DNA from: an uncultured Clostridia bacterium
GTDB taxonomy: Bacteria > Bacillota > Clostridia > Christensenellales > Aristaeellaceae
Length of the DNA: 64,000 nucleotides
Assembly: GCA_934630975.1 (NCBI GenBank)
Contig: CAKTXH010000002.1
Span: 2,507 to 66,506 of the forward strand
Reading direction: 5' to 3'
Position numbers and translations under genes: made by a program. Below the pieces are notes generated by a model. It ran no database searches and was not told the DNA's origin. It saw only the letters and a program-made list of their open reading frames with translations. The first letter of the stretch is position 1. Every line of letters starts with the position of its first letter. Below, piece after piece: positions 46,698 to 55,664 of the stretch.

Positions 46698-48413
46698 TCA
46701 ATCGTTTTTCCGCGCGTCAATCGCCGCCCGCACGGCGCAGGCCAGTTTGCCCGGCTCGACCGGCTTGCCCAGATAGCCGTCCATGCCCGCTTCAAAGATC
46801 CGCTCGCGCACATCGTCGAACGAATTCGCCGTCATCGCGATGATCGGGATATCCGCCGCGTCCGCCCGGCTGTCGGCGCGAATGGCGCGCGCCGCTTCGC
46901 ATCCGTCCATCACCGGCATCTGCATATCCATCAAAATCGCGTCATATGTACCCGCGCTCGAAGCTTCAAACTGCCGAAGCGCCTGCAAACCGTCCGCCGC
47001 CCGGTCGCAGGCCGCGCCTTCGTTCATCAGCAGCCGCTGAATGATTTCCGCGTTCATGTCTCCGTCCTCGGCCAGCAGGATGCGAACGCCTTCCAGCCGC
47101 TTTGCGCCGTCGTTTATCGCCGGACGCGCACAAGCGCCCAAATCGACGGGCCTGCGTTCCTCCTGCTCGTTTTCCAGCACCGCCATCACCTTTTGCACCT
47201 GCGTCTGAATCTGCCGGGCGAACCGCTTCACGTCCTCCCCGTCTTTCGTCTTGTTCATCAAAATCGTCAAACCGAGCACGGCGTTGAGCGGCGTTCGTAT
47301 GCCCCGGCTGACGCTGCGGATCAGCCGGCTTCGCTTATCCTGCTCGCTCACCACCTGCTCGTGCAGACTCTCCGCCCGCCGGACGGATTCGCGAAGCGCC
47401 GCGTTGACGCTTTCCAGCTCGCGGTTCGCCTTCTCCTGCGCCAGCTCGTTCTGCCGCGCGTATTCCGCCTTGTGGTTCGCGTCGATCATCTTGTGCACGC
47501 TCGCATCCAGCAAAGCGGCCACAGCCGCCAGCATCACCCCGGTGATGGCGACAATGCGCGCAATCAGCACCGTGTAATCCTTCATCACGTTCTGCACCAG
47601 CGAACACGCCGCCTCGCAGACCACCATATACGGCGTATCCGCAATGGGATGATAGGCCAGATATACCCGCTCTTTCTCCGTCCTGAGCGTTCTGCATCCG
47701 GCCAGCCCCGCGCCGATATCGTCCTTTGCCCTCTCCTTATCCGCGCCGGTATAGCGCAGAAAGATGTCGTTTTTATTCCATACGTCGTCTGCGGCGTAGA
47801 CCACGCGCCCGCTCTGTTCCACAATGCAGACGTTCGCCTGCCCGTTATAGGCGTAAAAGGAGAGCGCGCCGTTGATGCTGCCCGGCGTATAGGCCAGCGC
47901 GATTGCGTCGTACTGCCCGCCCTCCACCTCAAACGGATCAATCGGTTTCACAACAAAAAAGGCCTCGTCGCCGTTCCAACGCCGATAGCCGGAAAGCGTC
48001 TTCCCCGTTTGCAGCTTTTTGCTGTTTTCCTGATCCAGCGCATGCCAGCCGCTTTGCCCGCTCAGGCTGATATAATGCCCGTCCATCGCCACAAAAAGGA
48101 TATCGAGCACACTCTGCCCATCCAGCGCCATCAGGAAGCGGCTGTCCATATTCAAATCAATCGTCCGATGGCCGTCCGCGAACAGATAGCGCTCCATCGC
48201 CTTGGCCAGATAAGCCGACGTGTTGAGCCGCGTGATATACGGCTTTTCGAGCTGCTCCATGATGGCTTCCATGTCCTGCTTGCAGCTTTCGTCGATGTAT
48301 TCCTTCGCCGCGCGCAGGCCATACACCAGAAAACCGACGATGCACAGAAAAATCATCGCGCATGCCGCGGTCGCGGCGCCCATCAGACGTTTGATTCTTC
48401 TTCTGTTTTTCAT
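46698..48413 (-). CDS. Membrane sensor with a degenerate DHp (no phospho-His), no ATPase domain, and a C-terminal receiver domain
   Basis: Start at ATG 48413 (MKNRRRIKRL plus TM). About 260-aa extracytoplasmic region, second TM, coiled coil. H-box-like SVSRGIRTPLNAVLG, where Arg (codon 47304-47306) replaces the canonical His. REC follows about 70 aa later (RILLAEDGDMN...ILMDMQMPVMDG...GKP). No N/G1/F/G2 boxes. Confidence 0.8.
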   Translation of the reverse strand: MKNRRRIKRLMGAATAACAMIFLCIVGFLVYGLRAAKEYIDESCKQDMEAIMEQLEKPYITRLNTSAYLAKAMERYLFADGHRTIDLNMDSRFLMALDGQSVLDILFVAMDGHYISLSGQSGWHALDQENSKKLQTGKTLSGYRRWNGDEAFFVVKPIDPFEVEGGQYDAIALAYTPGSINGALSFYAYNGQANVCIVEQSGRVVYAADDVWNKNDIFLRYTGADKERAKDDIGAGLAGCRTLRTEKERVYLAYHPIADTPYMVVCEAACSLVQNVMKDYTVLIARIVAITGVMLAAVAALLDASVHKMIDANHKAEYARQNELAQEKANRELESVNAALRESVRRAESLHEQVVSEQDKRSRLIRSVSRGIRTPLNAVLGLTILMNKTKDGEDVKRFARQIQTQVQKVMAVLENEQEERRPVDLGACARPAINDGAKRLEGVRILLAEDGDMNAEIIQRLLMNEGAACDRAADGLQALRQFEASSAGTYDAILMDMQMPVMDGCEAARAIRADSRADAADIPIIAMTANSFDDVRERIFEAGMDGYLGKPVEPGKLACAVRAAIDARKND

Positions 48414-48542
48414 GGTCGATAAGCACTCCTTTTTGCTCTGCCGATTTTGCAACGGACTGACCCGCTTTAATGGTTTATTCTATGTTTGATTCCCGCGTGA
48501 TATGATATAATAAATGTGGTTTTTTTGAAGGAGGCGACGTTT

Positions 48543-49517
48543 ATGTGCACAGCCGTATCTTTTCTTTCCGGCGATTTCTATTTGGGCCGCAATCTGGATT
48601 ATGAGTTTTCCTATGGCGACGAGGTGACGATCACCCCGCGCGGCTATACGTTCCCCATGCGCGGCCGCGCGCCCCTGCGCACCCGCTACGCCATCATCGG
48701 CATGGCCTACGTGCAGGGCGATTACCCGCTCTATTACGACGCGGTTAACGAGAAGGGCCTTGGCATTGCCGGGCTGAACTTCGTCGGCAACGCGGCGTAT
48801 TTCCCCGCTCAGGATGGGCGCGACAACGTGACTCAGTTTGAGCTGATTCCGTGGCTGCTCGGCCAATGCGCTACGCTGGCCGAGGCGCGCGAACACCTGA
48901 GCCGCTTAAACCTGCTGAACGAGCCGTTCAGCCCTCAGCTTCCGCTGGCGCAGCTGCATTGGCTCATCGCGGATCAAACCGGCTCGATCACCGTCGAATC
49001 CACGGCGGACGGCCTGCATGTTTACGATAACCCGGTCGGCGTGCTGACCAACAACCCGCCGTTTCCGATGCAGCTCTTCAACCTCAACAACTATATGGCA
49101 CTCTCGCCGGAATCCCCGGTCAACACATTCGCGCCGGATGCGCCGCTGGCAACGTACAGCCGCGGCATGGGCGCAATCGGCCTGCCGGGCGACCTTTCCA
49201 GCCAATCGCGTTTTGTCCGCGCGGCGTTTGTCCGCGCGCACGCCCTGTGCCAGCCGACGGAAGCGAGCCGCGTCAACCAGTTTTTCCACATCCTCACCTC
49301 CGTGGAACAGCAGCGCGGCTGCTGCGCGCTGGGCGAAGGCAAATACGAAATCACGCTGTATTCCAGCTGCTGCAACGCCACCCGCGGCGTCTATTACTAC
49401 ACTACGTATGAAAACCGGCAGATCACAGCCGTGGATATGCACAAGGAGAATCTGGACGGCGGCGCGTTGATCCGCTATCCGCTGCTCCAAGGCCCCGCTT
49501 TCCGCGCGCAGAACTGA
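48543..49517 (+). CDS. bsh: Choloylglycine (bile salt) hydrolase-family Ntn hydrolase
   Basis: Start trimmed to MCTAVSF (Cys2 nucleophile) behind GAAGGAGG. GRNLDYE and LTNNPPF motifs. Confidence 0.8.
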   Translation: MCTAVSFLSGDFYLGRNLDYEFSYGDEVTITPRGYTFPMRGRAPLRTRYAIIGMAYVQGDYPLYYDAVNEKGLGIAGLNFVGNAAYFPAQDGRDNVTQFELIPWLLGQCATLAEAREHLSRLNLLNEPFSPQLPLAQLHWLIADQTGSITVESTADGLHVYDNPVGVLTNNPPFPMQLFNLNNYMALSPESPVNTFAPDAPLATYSRGMGAIGLPGDLSSQSRFVRAAFVRAHALCQPTEASRVNQFFHILTSVEQQRGCCALGEGKYEITLYSSCCNATRGVYYYTTYENRQITAVDMHKENLDGGALIRYPLLQGPAFRAQN

Positions 49518-49528
49518 CCGCCGCATCC

Positions 49529-49556
49529 GCCCGACGCGCGCCGCCGGGCTTTTTTC
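49529..49556 (+). terminator. Intrinsic terminator after the bsh-like gene
   Basis: GCCCG...CGGGC stem followed by a T6 run (49550-49555). Confidence 0.6.
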
Positions 49557-49700
49557 ATCCATTCATGCAACCGTTTGGGTTACATGGATTCGTTTGAATC
49601 AAACCGAGTGGGTAACTTGAAAAAACGCGGTGTATTTCGACAAAAAATGATATTTTTTGTCGTTTTCCGAAAATGAACCGCGCGAAAAATGAATTTTCCC

Positions 49701-49729
49701 TTGCATTTACAAGTTGTCTATTCTATAAT
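49701..49729 (+). promoter_or_regulatory. Sigma-A promoter for the REC-HD-GYP-GGDEF/HPt unit
   Basis: TTGCAT (49701-49706), 17 nt, TATAAT (49724-49729). Confidence 0.6.
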
Positions 49730-49839
49730 AGAGAAGTAACACACATGTTCTGATTTTACCAATCCCATTCGAATTCTGGTTGCATGGCCGTGTTTTTCGG
49801 GGGTTGATGGGCGCTCAAAGCCGAGGTGATCTCTCCTTC

Positions 49840-52212
49840 ATGACGACAGAAAAGCAGAAAATCCTGATTGTGGACGATTCCGAAATGAACCGCGCCATTT
49901 TGACCAGTATTCTGGATGACGGCTATGATTTTCTAGAAGCGGAAAACGGGCTTCAGGCCGTCGATATTCTCCGCGTTCATTCCGATATCAACCTCGTCCT
50001 GCTGGATATCGTCATGCCCGAGCTGGATGGCTTCGGTGTGCTTTCCATCATGAACGAGCAGCACTGGATCGACCATACCCCGGTCATCATGATCTCGGCG
50101 GAAAGCGATTCCGTGCTGGTTGAGCGCGCCTATCAGCTCGGCGTGACGGATTATATCGGCCGCCCGTTCGATAAAGCGGTCGTCCGCCAGCGCGTAATCA
50201 ATACGCTGATGCTCTACGATAAGCAGAAGCACCTGATGCGCATGATCACCGAGCAGGTTTACAGGCGCGAAAAGAGCAACAGCCTGATGACCAGCGTACT
50301 CAGCCACATCGTTGAATTCCGCAACGGTGAAAGCGGCCTGCACGTGCAGCACATCCAAACCGCCGTGGAGCTTTTGCTGCATCAGCTGATGCGCAAGACG
50401 GATCGTTACGCCCTCACGGAGGACGATATTTCGCTGATCAGCACCGCCTCCGCCCTGCACGATATCGGCAAAATCAGCATCCCGGATTCCATTCTCAACA
50501 AGCCCGGCAGGCTCACGCCGGAGGAATTCGAGGTCATGAAGACGCACACGACCGTCGGCGCGTCCATCCTGCAAAACCTCCCGATGGCGCAGGAGGAGCC
50601 GCTGCTTCAGGTCGCCTATCAAATCTGCCGTTGGCATCACGAGCGGTATGACGGGTGCGGCTACCCAGACGGCCTTGTCGGTGAAAAAATACCGATTACG
50701 GCGCAGGTCGTCTCGCTCGCCGACGTATACGACGCGCTGACCAGCGAGCGCTGCTATAAAAAGGCGTTCTCGCACGAAACCGCCATTCAGATGATTCTGA
50801 GCGGCGAATGTGGCGTATTCAACCCGCTGTTGATCGAGTGCCTGCTCGAAATTCGAGATACCCTGCGGCAGGAGATCAACACGCTGCCGGAAGCGCGCAA
50901 TTTCGGCATTGCCGCGCAGCGCATTTCCGATAATATGGTGCTGGAGGACGATCTGCCCTTCGAAAACAACCTGCAATACCGGCTTGCTTACGAGCGCGAA
51001 AAGAAAACGTTCTTCGCCCATTTCGCGGGCAATATCCAGTTTGATTACAGCATTCTGCTCGATACGGTTTCCATCAGCGACTATACCGCCGATCCCATCT
51101 ACGAAAATCAGGAGTTCACGACGGAGGAACTGGTTCGCCTCCACGCCATTTCGGATAAGGATCGCGAATGCTTGCAGGACGCTGCCAAACAGACCACGCC
51201 CGAATCGCCCAACGCCTCCATCTCGGCAACGGCCATCATCCACGGCGAAAAAGCGCTCTGCCGAATCGCCATTCGGACGCTGTGGTCGCGCGAATTGATC
51301 CGCAAGATGATCGGCGTGGTCGGCTATGTCACCCGGATCGACCCGGATTCTTTCGTTGCCCCGGCGCTCAGCCTCAATATGAACAACATCACCGGCCTTC
51401 AGGCGCGGACGATCATGCAGGAGCTGCAATTCTACTTCGATAAGGTTCGCCTCGTCAACCCGGATAATTACGCCGTTTACAAGCTGAATGACGACGGTTC
51501 GCTTTCCCGCCGCGAACATCCCTGTTACGCGATTTGGGGTTCGGAGCAGGCGTGCCACAACTGCGCGGGCTGCAAAGCGCTGTCCAGCAAGAACCGCGTC
51601 ATTAAGCTCGAACTGACGCAAACCGGCATTTATCAGGTCATCGCGAAGGCCGTCGTCGTGGAGGGCTGCCCCTGCGTGCTGGAACTGATTTCCCATTCCG
51701 ATACGGGCATCTGGTTCACCTCGCACGGAAGGGAGCTGCTTCTGGAAAAATACGGGCGCGATTTTTATACCGATGCGCTCACCGGCGCGTACTGCCGCCA
51801 GTATTTTGAAGACCAGCGTTCCGCTTTGCAGGATATGGACGGCATTGTGATGATCGACGTCGATCACTTCAAGGCCATCAACGACACATACGGCCACCCG
51901 GTCGGCGATATCGCCCTCAAAAAAATCGCCAGCGCCATTCTCTCCTGTATCCGCAGCACGGACATGCTCATTCGGTATGGCGGCGACGAATTTCTGGTCA
52001 TCTTCCCGCAGATTCAAAAAGAAGCATTCGCGCTCAAAATGCGCTATATGCAGGATGCCGTCAGCCGCGCCGCGGTGGATGGCTATCCCGATATCCGGCT
52101 TTCCATCAGCATCGGCGGCGTGTACCGCGTCGATCCGCTGATGGAGGCCATCCGGCAGGCCGATCAACTCATGTATCGCGACAAGGCCCACAAGGGCGTT
52201 CTCCGTTTGTGA
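49840..52212 (+). CDS. Response regulator with HD-GYP phosphodiesterase, a Cys-rich middle module and a GGDEF diguanylate cyclase domain
   Basis: Start trimmed to MTTEKQKILIVDDSEMN. REC (LLDIVMPELDG), HD-GYP (ALHDIGKISIP, HHERYDGCGYPDG), a Cys cluster (CYAIWGSEQACHNCAGCKAL...GCPCV), and GGDEF (RYGGDEFLVIF) with an RSTD I-site 5 residues upstream. Confidence 0.9.
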   Translation: MTTEKQKILIVDDSEMNRAILTSILDDGYDFLEAENGLQAVDILRVHSDINLVLLDIVMPELDGFGVLSIMNEQHWIDHTPVIMISAESDSVLVERAYQLGVTDYIGRPFDKAVVRQRVINTLMLYDKQKHLMRMITEQVYRREKSNSLMTSVLSHIVEFRNGESGLHVQHIQTAVELLLHQLMRKTDRYALTEDDISLISTASALHDIGKISIPDSILNKPGRLTPEEFEVMKTHTTVGASILQNLPMAQEEPLLQVAYQICRWHHERYDGCGYPDGLVGEKIPITAQVVSLADVYDALTSERCYKKAFSHETAIQMILSGECGVFNPLLIECLLEIRDTLRQEINTLPEARNFGIAAQRISDNMVLEDDLPFENNLQYRLAYEREKKTFFAHFAGNIQFDYSILLDTVSISDYTADPIYENQEFTTEELVRLHAISDKDRECLQDAAKQTTPESPNASISATAIIHGEKALCRIAIRTLWSRELIRKMIGVVGYVTRIDPDSFVAPALSLNMNNITGLQARTIMQELQFYFDKVRLVNPDNYAVYKLNDDGSLSRREHPCYAIWGSEQACHNCAGCKALSSKNRVIKLELTQTGIYQVIAKAVVVEGCPCVLELISHSDTGIWFTSHGRELLLEKYGRDFYTDALTGAYCRQYFEDQRSALQDMDGIVMIDVDHFKAINDTYGHPVGDIALKKIASAILSCIRSTDMLIRYGGDEFLVIFPQIQKEAFALKMRYMQDAVSRAAVDGYPDIRLSISIGGVYRVDPLMEAIRQADQLMYRDKAHKGVLRL

Positions 52213-52583
52213 TGGAAAGGAAGTACAAGGTCATGACGCTTCAAGAGTTTTATGCCCAAATCGGCGGCAACTACGCCGATACCGTCTGCCGCCTGTGCAA
52301 CGATTCGCTCGTTCTGCGTTTCGTTAAAAAATATCCGGCCAATCCCTCTTTTGACGAGCTTCGCGACGCGATTGCGAAATCCGATTGGGAAACCGCTTTC
52401 CGCGCCGTGCATACGCTCAAGGGCGTTGCGCAGAACCTGGGGTTTGATCGGCTGTATGCCGTCAGCGTACCGCTGACCGAGGCCATGCGCGGCCCGAAAC
52501 CACTCACCGATCCCGCCCTCTTCACCGCCGTGGAAACCGTGCACAACGAAACCGTCGCCGCTATCGCGAAGCTGGACGCGTAA
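52212..52583 (+). CDS. Stand-alone histidine phosphotransfer (HPt) protein
   Basis: HTLKGVAQNLGF matches the HPt HxxKG motif. ATG 52212 overlaps the upstream TGA by 1 nt (TGATG). ATG 52233 is an alternative start. Confidence 0.75.
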   Translation: MERKYKVMTLQEFYAQIGGNYADTVCRLCNDSLVLRFVKKYPANPSFDELRDAIAKSDWETAFRAVHTLKGVAQNLGFDRLYAVSVPLTEAMRGPKPLTDPALFTAVETVHNETVAAIAKLDA

Positions 52584-52608
52584 CCCGGTTTATCCTTTTT
52601 TGCAATAT

Positions 52609-52645
52609 GAAAAGCCCCTGCCGTTTTGCCGCGGCAGGGGCTTTC
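52609..52645. terminator. Bidirectional intrinsic terminator between the HPt gene and the cps regulatory operon
   Basis: GCCCCTGCCG (52614-52623) pairs with CGGCAGGGGC (52632-52641). A/T runs on both sides. Confidence 0.7.
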
Positions 52646-52685
52646 CGTTATAGGATGGTTATAGGATGATTTTTAGGATAGCGAA

Positions 52686-53405
52686 TCAAATCTGACCCGG
52701 GAATTCCATGCAGAGCCGATCGGCCGTTTCCTGCCCGAATCGCTTTTTCAGCGTTTGATAGCAGGCTTTCATGCGGCACGGGCGGCTGGTGACATTGTGC
52801 GCGTCGGACGCGGCCACGTCGATACAGCCTTTTTTCAGCATGGAATCGACCCACAATTGCGTAAAAAACGATTGTTTGCGGCAAATCGTATCCGCGTTCA
52901 TCTGCATATGGATGCCGTATTGCTCCCGAAGCGCCTGAACGCGCCCCGGCCAGCGCAGGCATCTGTAACGCTCGATATGCGCGAAAATCGGCTGATATCC
53001 CACCGCCGTCAGCGCCTTCGCCGCGCCGCGCAGTTCGCTGTACGGCGCGGTCGGCAGAAACTCGACGAGCACATAATCGCTGTCCGCCAGCGTCGGGATC
53101 AGGCCGTCGCGAAGCATGCGCACGGTCTGCGGCGTATAGAAGATTTCGCACCCGGGGAGGATCTCCAGCTGCATCTTCTGTTCGTCGCACCAGCGCTGCG
53201 CCTGCCCGATCCGCTGCATCATCTGCTCCATCGGGAAAGGCTTCATCCCCGGTTCGGCGTGCGGCGTCGCGATGATGCGGTCAATGCCGTTTTCCCATGC
53301 GCGCGTCAGCATCTGCCGGGTCTGTTCCCACGTCTGCGCGCCGTCATCCAGCCCATAAATCAGATGATGATGCATATCGACAAAGCCGTAAGCAGGCGCT
53401 TGCAT
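52686..53405 (-). CDS. cpsB: PHP-family protein-tyrosine phosphatase (CpsB/Wzh/YwqE type)
   Basis: VDMHHHLIYGLDDG and ATPH motifs. ATG 53405 overlaps the kinase stop by 1 nt. Confidence 0.85.
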   Translation of the reverse strand: MQAPAYGFVDMHHHLIYGLDDGAQTWEQTRQMLTRAWENGIDRIIATPHAEPGMKPFPMEQMMQRIGQAQRWCDEQKMQLEILPGCEIFYTPQTVRMLRDGLIPTLADSDYVLVEFLPTAPYSELRGAAKALTAVGYQPIFAHIERYRCLRWPGRVQALREQYGIHMQMNADTICRKQSFFTQLWVDSMLKKGCIDVAASDAHNVTSRPCRMKACYQTLKKRFGQETADRLCMEFPGQI

Positions 53406-54139
53406 CAATCCTTATCGCTCTTCTTTCCGTCTTTTCCGTAATAGCCGGATTTGTAATAGTGATTATAATACGACTTATTATAATACTTTTTCGCGCTCAG
53501 CGTATCAAACGTCACCTTGTTGAGGATGCAGCCGAGAATCGGGCAGCCGGATTGTTCCATCTGGTGCTTCGCGTCCACCAGCTCGCGGCGGCGGGTCGAA
53601 TTGTAATTCACAACCAGCACAGCGCCGTCGCAGCGCTTCGCGATTTCCGCCGCGTCAACCACAATGCCGATCGGCGGCGTATCGACGAGAATCAGATCGA
53701 ACTGCTGCGCCAGATGGTTGAGCATTTCATCGAAATACGGCGTATCAATCAGCGTCATCGGGGAGGAAATATCGCGCCCCGCCGGCATGATGCAGGCACC
53801 GTACATGTTCGTTTCATAAATGCAGTCGTCCAGCTCGCAATGCCCCGCCAGATAATGCGCAAGGCCGAGCATTTCGCCTTCCGTTTCCAGCCGAAGGGTG
53901 GAAACAATCTGGCTGCGGCGCAGATCCGCGTCAACCAGCAGCACGCGCTTGCCGCGCTTGGCCATATTGTGCAGAATATTCAAGCACATGTACGACTTGC
54001 CCGCGCCCGGCATATAGCTGGTGATCGCGACGCGCTTGCAGTCGCGCCCGGAGAAGGAAAGGTTGGTGCAGATCGTGTTGATTGCTTCCGTGCCGGTGTA
54101 ATCGAGCGCATTAAAGCGCTTAATTTTTGCCTGTCTCAT
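53405..54139 (-). CDS. cpsD: BY-kinase catalytic protein (CpsD/CapB/YwqD type tyrosine kinase)
   Basis: Walker A SYMPGAGKS, Walker A' VLLVDADLRR, and a C-terminal Tyr cluster KKYYNKSYYNHYYKSGYYGK. Confidence 0.9.
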   Translation of the reverse strand: MRQAKIKRFNALDYTGTEAINTICTNLSFSGRDCKRVAITSYMPGAGKSYMCLNILHNMAKRGKRVLLVDADLRRSQIVSTLRLETEGEMLGLAHYLAGHCELDDCIYETNMYGACIMPAGRDISSPMTLIDTPYFDEMLNHLAQQFDLILVDTPPIGIVVDAAEIAKRCDGAVLVVNYNSTRRRELVDAKHQMEQSGCPILGCILNKVTFDTLSAKKYYNKSYYNHYYKSGYYGKDGKKSDKD

Positions 54140-54914
54140 GGGCTTCCTTCTCCTTTCTTCCCGCCGTGCGGCGCGCCTGCGTACTCTTGGTCTGCTTGGG
54201 CATCACGCCGAGCGTCGGAAGCTGCACGTATTTCTCGATATCGTCCACGCTGCGCAGGCGGTCATCCAGCAGGAACTGCACGACGATCACACCGCAGCTC
54301 AGCAGCAGGCCGACCATGAAGCCAAGCAGAATGTTCTTGCTCTTGTTCGGGGAGGACGGCCTGCTGGGCAGCAGCGCCTCCTCGAAGATATTCGGCTGTT
54401 CGGTGTCCATCTTCACGGCGATAAACTCGCGCGCCACCTGCGCGTAAGTATCCGCCAAATCCTTGGCTTCCTGCGGATCGGCAGAAACGACGTTGATGTA
54501 CAAAATACGCGTATCCTGCGGATTCGTCACGGAAACCATGCCCGCCAGCTCGCTGTACGTGTAATCCAGCCCGAGCCGCTGGAGCACCATTTCATGGACA
54601 TGCCAGTTGGAGAAAACCTCCGTGTAGTCGCTGGCCAGATAGTTGCCGATCTGCAAATCCGAAAGGTTGATTGCGGAATCCTTCGCGTTGACCACGTACA
54701 GCTTGGAGGTCGCCGTATACATGGGCGTCACGAAATAAATCGTATACACACCGGCAATCAGCGCACCGAGCACACAGGCCAACACAATGATCTTCCATTT
54801 TTCAATCAAACGATACAACAATTCAACGAGGTCAATTTCGTCTGCCCCGCTCTCTTCGGGCTGCCCGGCCCACGTCTGCTTTCTGTCAAGCTCCTGCTTC
54901 TGCGGCTGCTGCAT
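54120..54914 (-). CDS. cpsC: Wzz/CpsC-type chain-length determinant, transmembrane activator of the BY-kinase
   Basis: Two TM helices flank an extracellular domain. CpsC-like IDLVELLYRLIEKWKIIV. Overlaps the cpsD start by 20 nt. Confidence 0.85.
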   Translation of the reverse strand: MQQPQKQELDRKQTWAGQPEESGADEIDLVELLYRLIEKWKIIVLACVLGALIAGVYTIYFVTPMYTATSKLYVVNAKDSAINLSDLQIGNYLASDYTEVFSNWHVHEMVLQRLGLDYTYSELAGMVSVTNPQDTRILYINVVSADPQEAKDLADTYAQVAREFIAVKMDTEQPNIFEEALLPSRPSSPNKSKNILLGFMVGLLLSCGVIVVQFLLDDRLRSVDDIEKYVQLPTLGVMPKQTKSTQARRTAGRKEKEAHETGKN

Positions 54915-54954
54915 GCTCTATCTCCTATCCTCTTTTGGTACATCCCTTATACGC

Positions 54955-54993
54955 CAAAAAGCGGGGCGCATCTTTTACCTCGATGCGCCCCGC
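54955..54993 (-). terminator. Intrinsic terminator between the secreted-protein gene and cpsC
   Basis: GCGGGGCGCATC (54961-54972) pairs with GATGCGCCCCGC (54982-54993). T5 run on the minus strand. Confidence 0.75.
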
Positions 54994-55002
54994 CCAATTT
55001 GC

Positions 55003-55614
55003 TTAGTCGTTGAGCACCGCCATAGCCACGGCTGCAGCGTCGTTCATCTGCTCGACAAGCTCCGCCGGGAACACGACGGCGATATCGCCGTTCTCCAGCA
55101 CCTCAGCGTCAAGCGCAACCCACTCGACGTTGTACTGGCCGTTCGCGTCGCGGGTGCCGTCATACAGGCCGATCACGACGACAACGTTCTGATCCATCTC
55201 ATACTTGGTCGTGAACGTGAAGGTGACCTTCACATCCGTCGCGGTCTCCATCTGGCCCACAATCTCAAGGGTGATGAACTCGTTCATCATCAGCTTGCTG
55301 GCGTTCACGCCTTCCGGCAGCAGCACGGCAATCGCTTTCTGGGTCTCAGCCGGGAAATACGCAACGGCGGTCTTGCCGTTCACGAAAACTTCCTGATAAA
55401 TCTTGGCGATTTCCTCAGTCACCGGGGCGGCGTCCTCAGCCACTTCGATGTCCCAGCCCGTCACGGCTTCAACCGTGCCGTCTTCCTTCACGGCCTCAAC
55501 CGTCTTCACCTGGGTCACGTCGGTCGTCGTCTTGCTGGGAACGGCGTCCGCCATTGCGCCGGCGGCGCTGAGCGCGAGCAGCATGCTCGCAAGCACGCAC
55601 GCAAACTTCTTCAT
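55003..55614 (-). CDS. Small acidic secreted protein (hypothetical)
   Basis: Signal peptide MKKFACVLASMLLALSAAGAMA. Rich in V/E/T. No motif recognised. Confidence 0.6.
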   Translation of the reverse strand: MKKFACVLASMLLALSAAGAMADAVPSKTTTDVTQVKTVEAVKEDGTVEAVTGWDIEVAEDAAPVTEEIAKIYQEVFVNGKTAVAYFPAETQKAIAVLLPEGVNASKLMMNEFITLEIVGQMETATDVKVTFTFTTKYEMDQNVVVVIGLYDGTRDANGQYNVEWVALDAEVLENGDIAVVFPAELVEQMNDAAAVAMAVLND

Positions 55615-55664
55615 AAAACCATCCTCCTATTTTTCCTTTTGAGATCTTGTCAGTAACGCCTTTT

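Noticed and set aside
49933-52191. 752-aa minus-strand ORF opposite the REC-HD-GYP-GGDEF gene
   Set aside because: The plus strand encodes unmistakable REC, HD-GYP and GGDEF motifs, while the antisense product has none.
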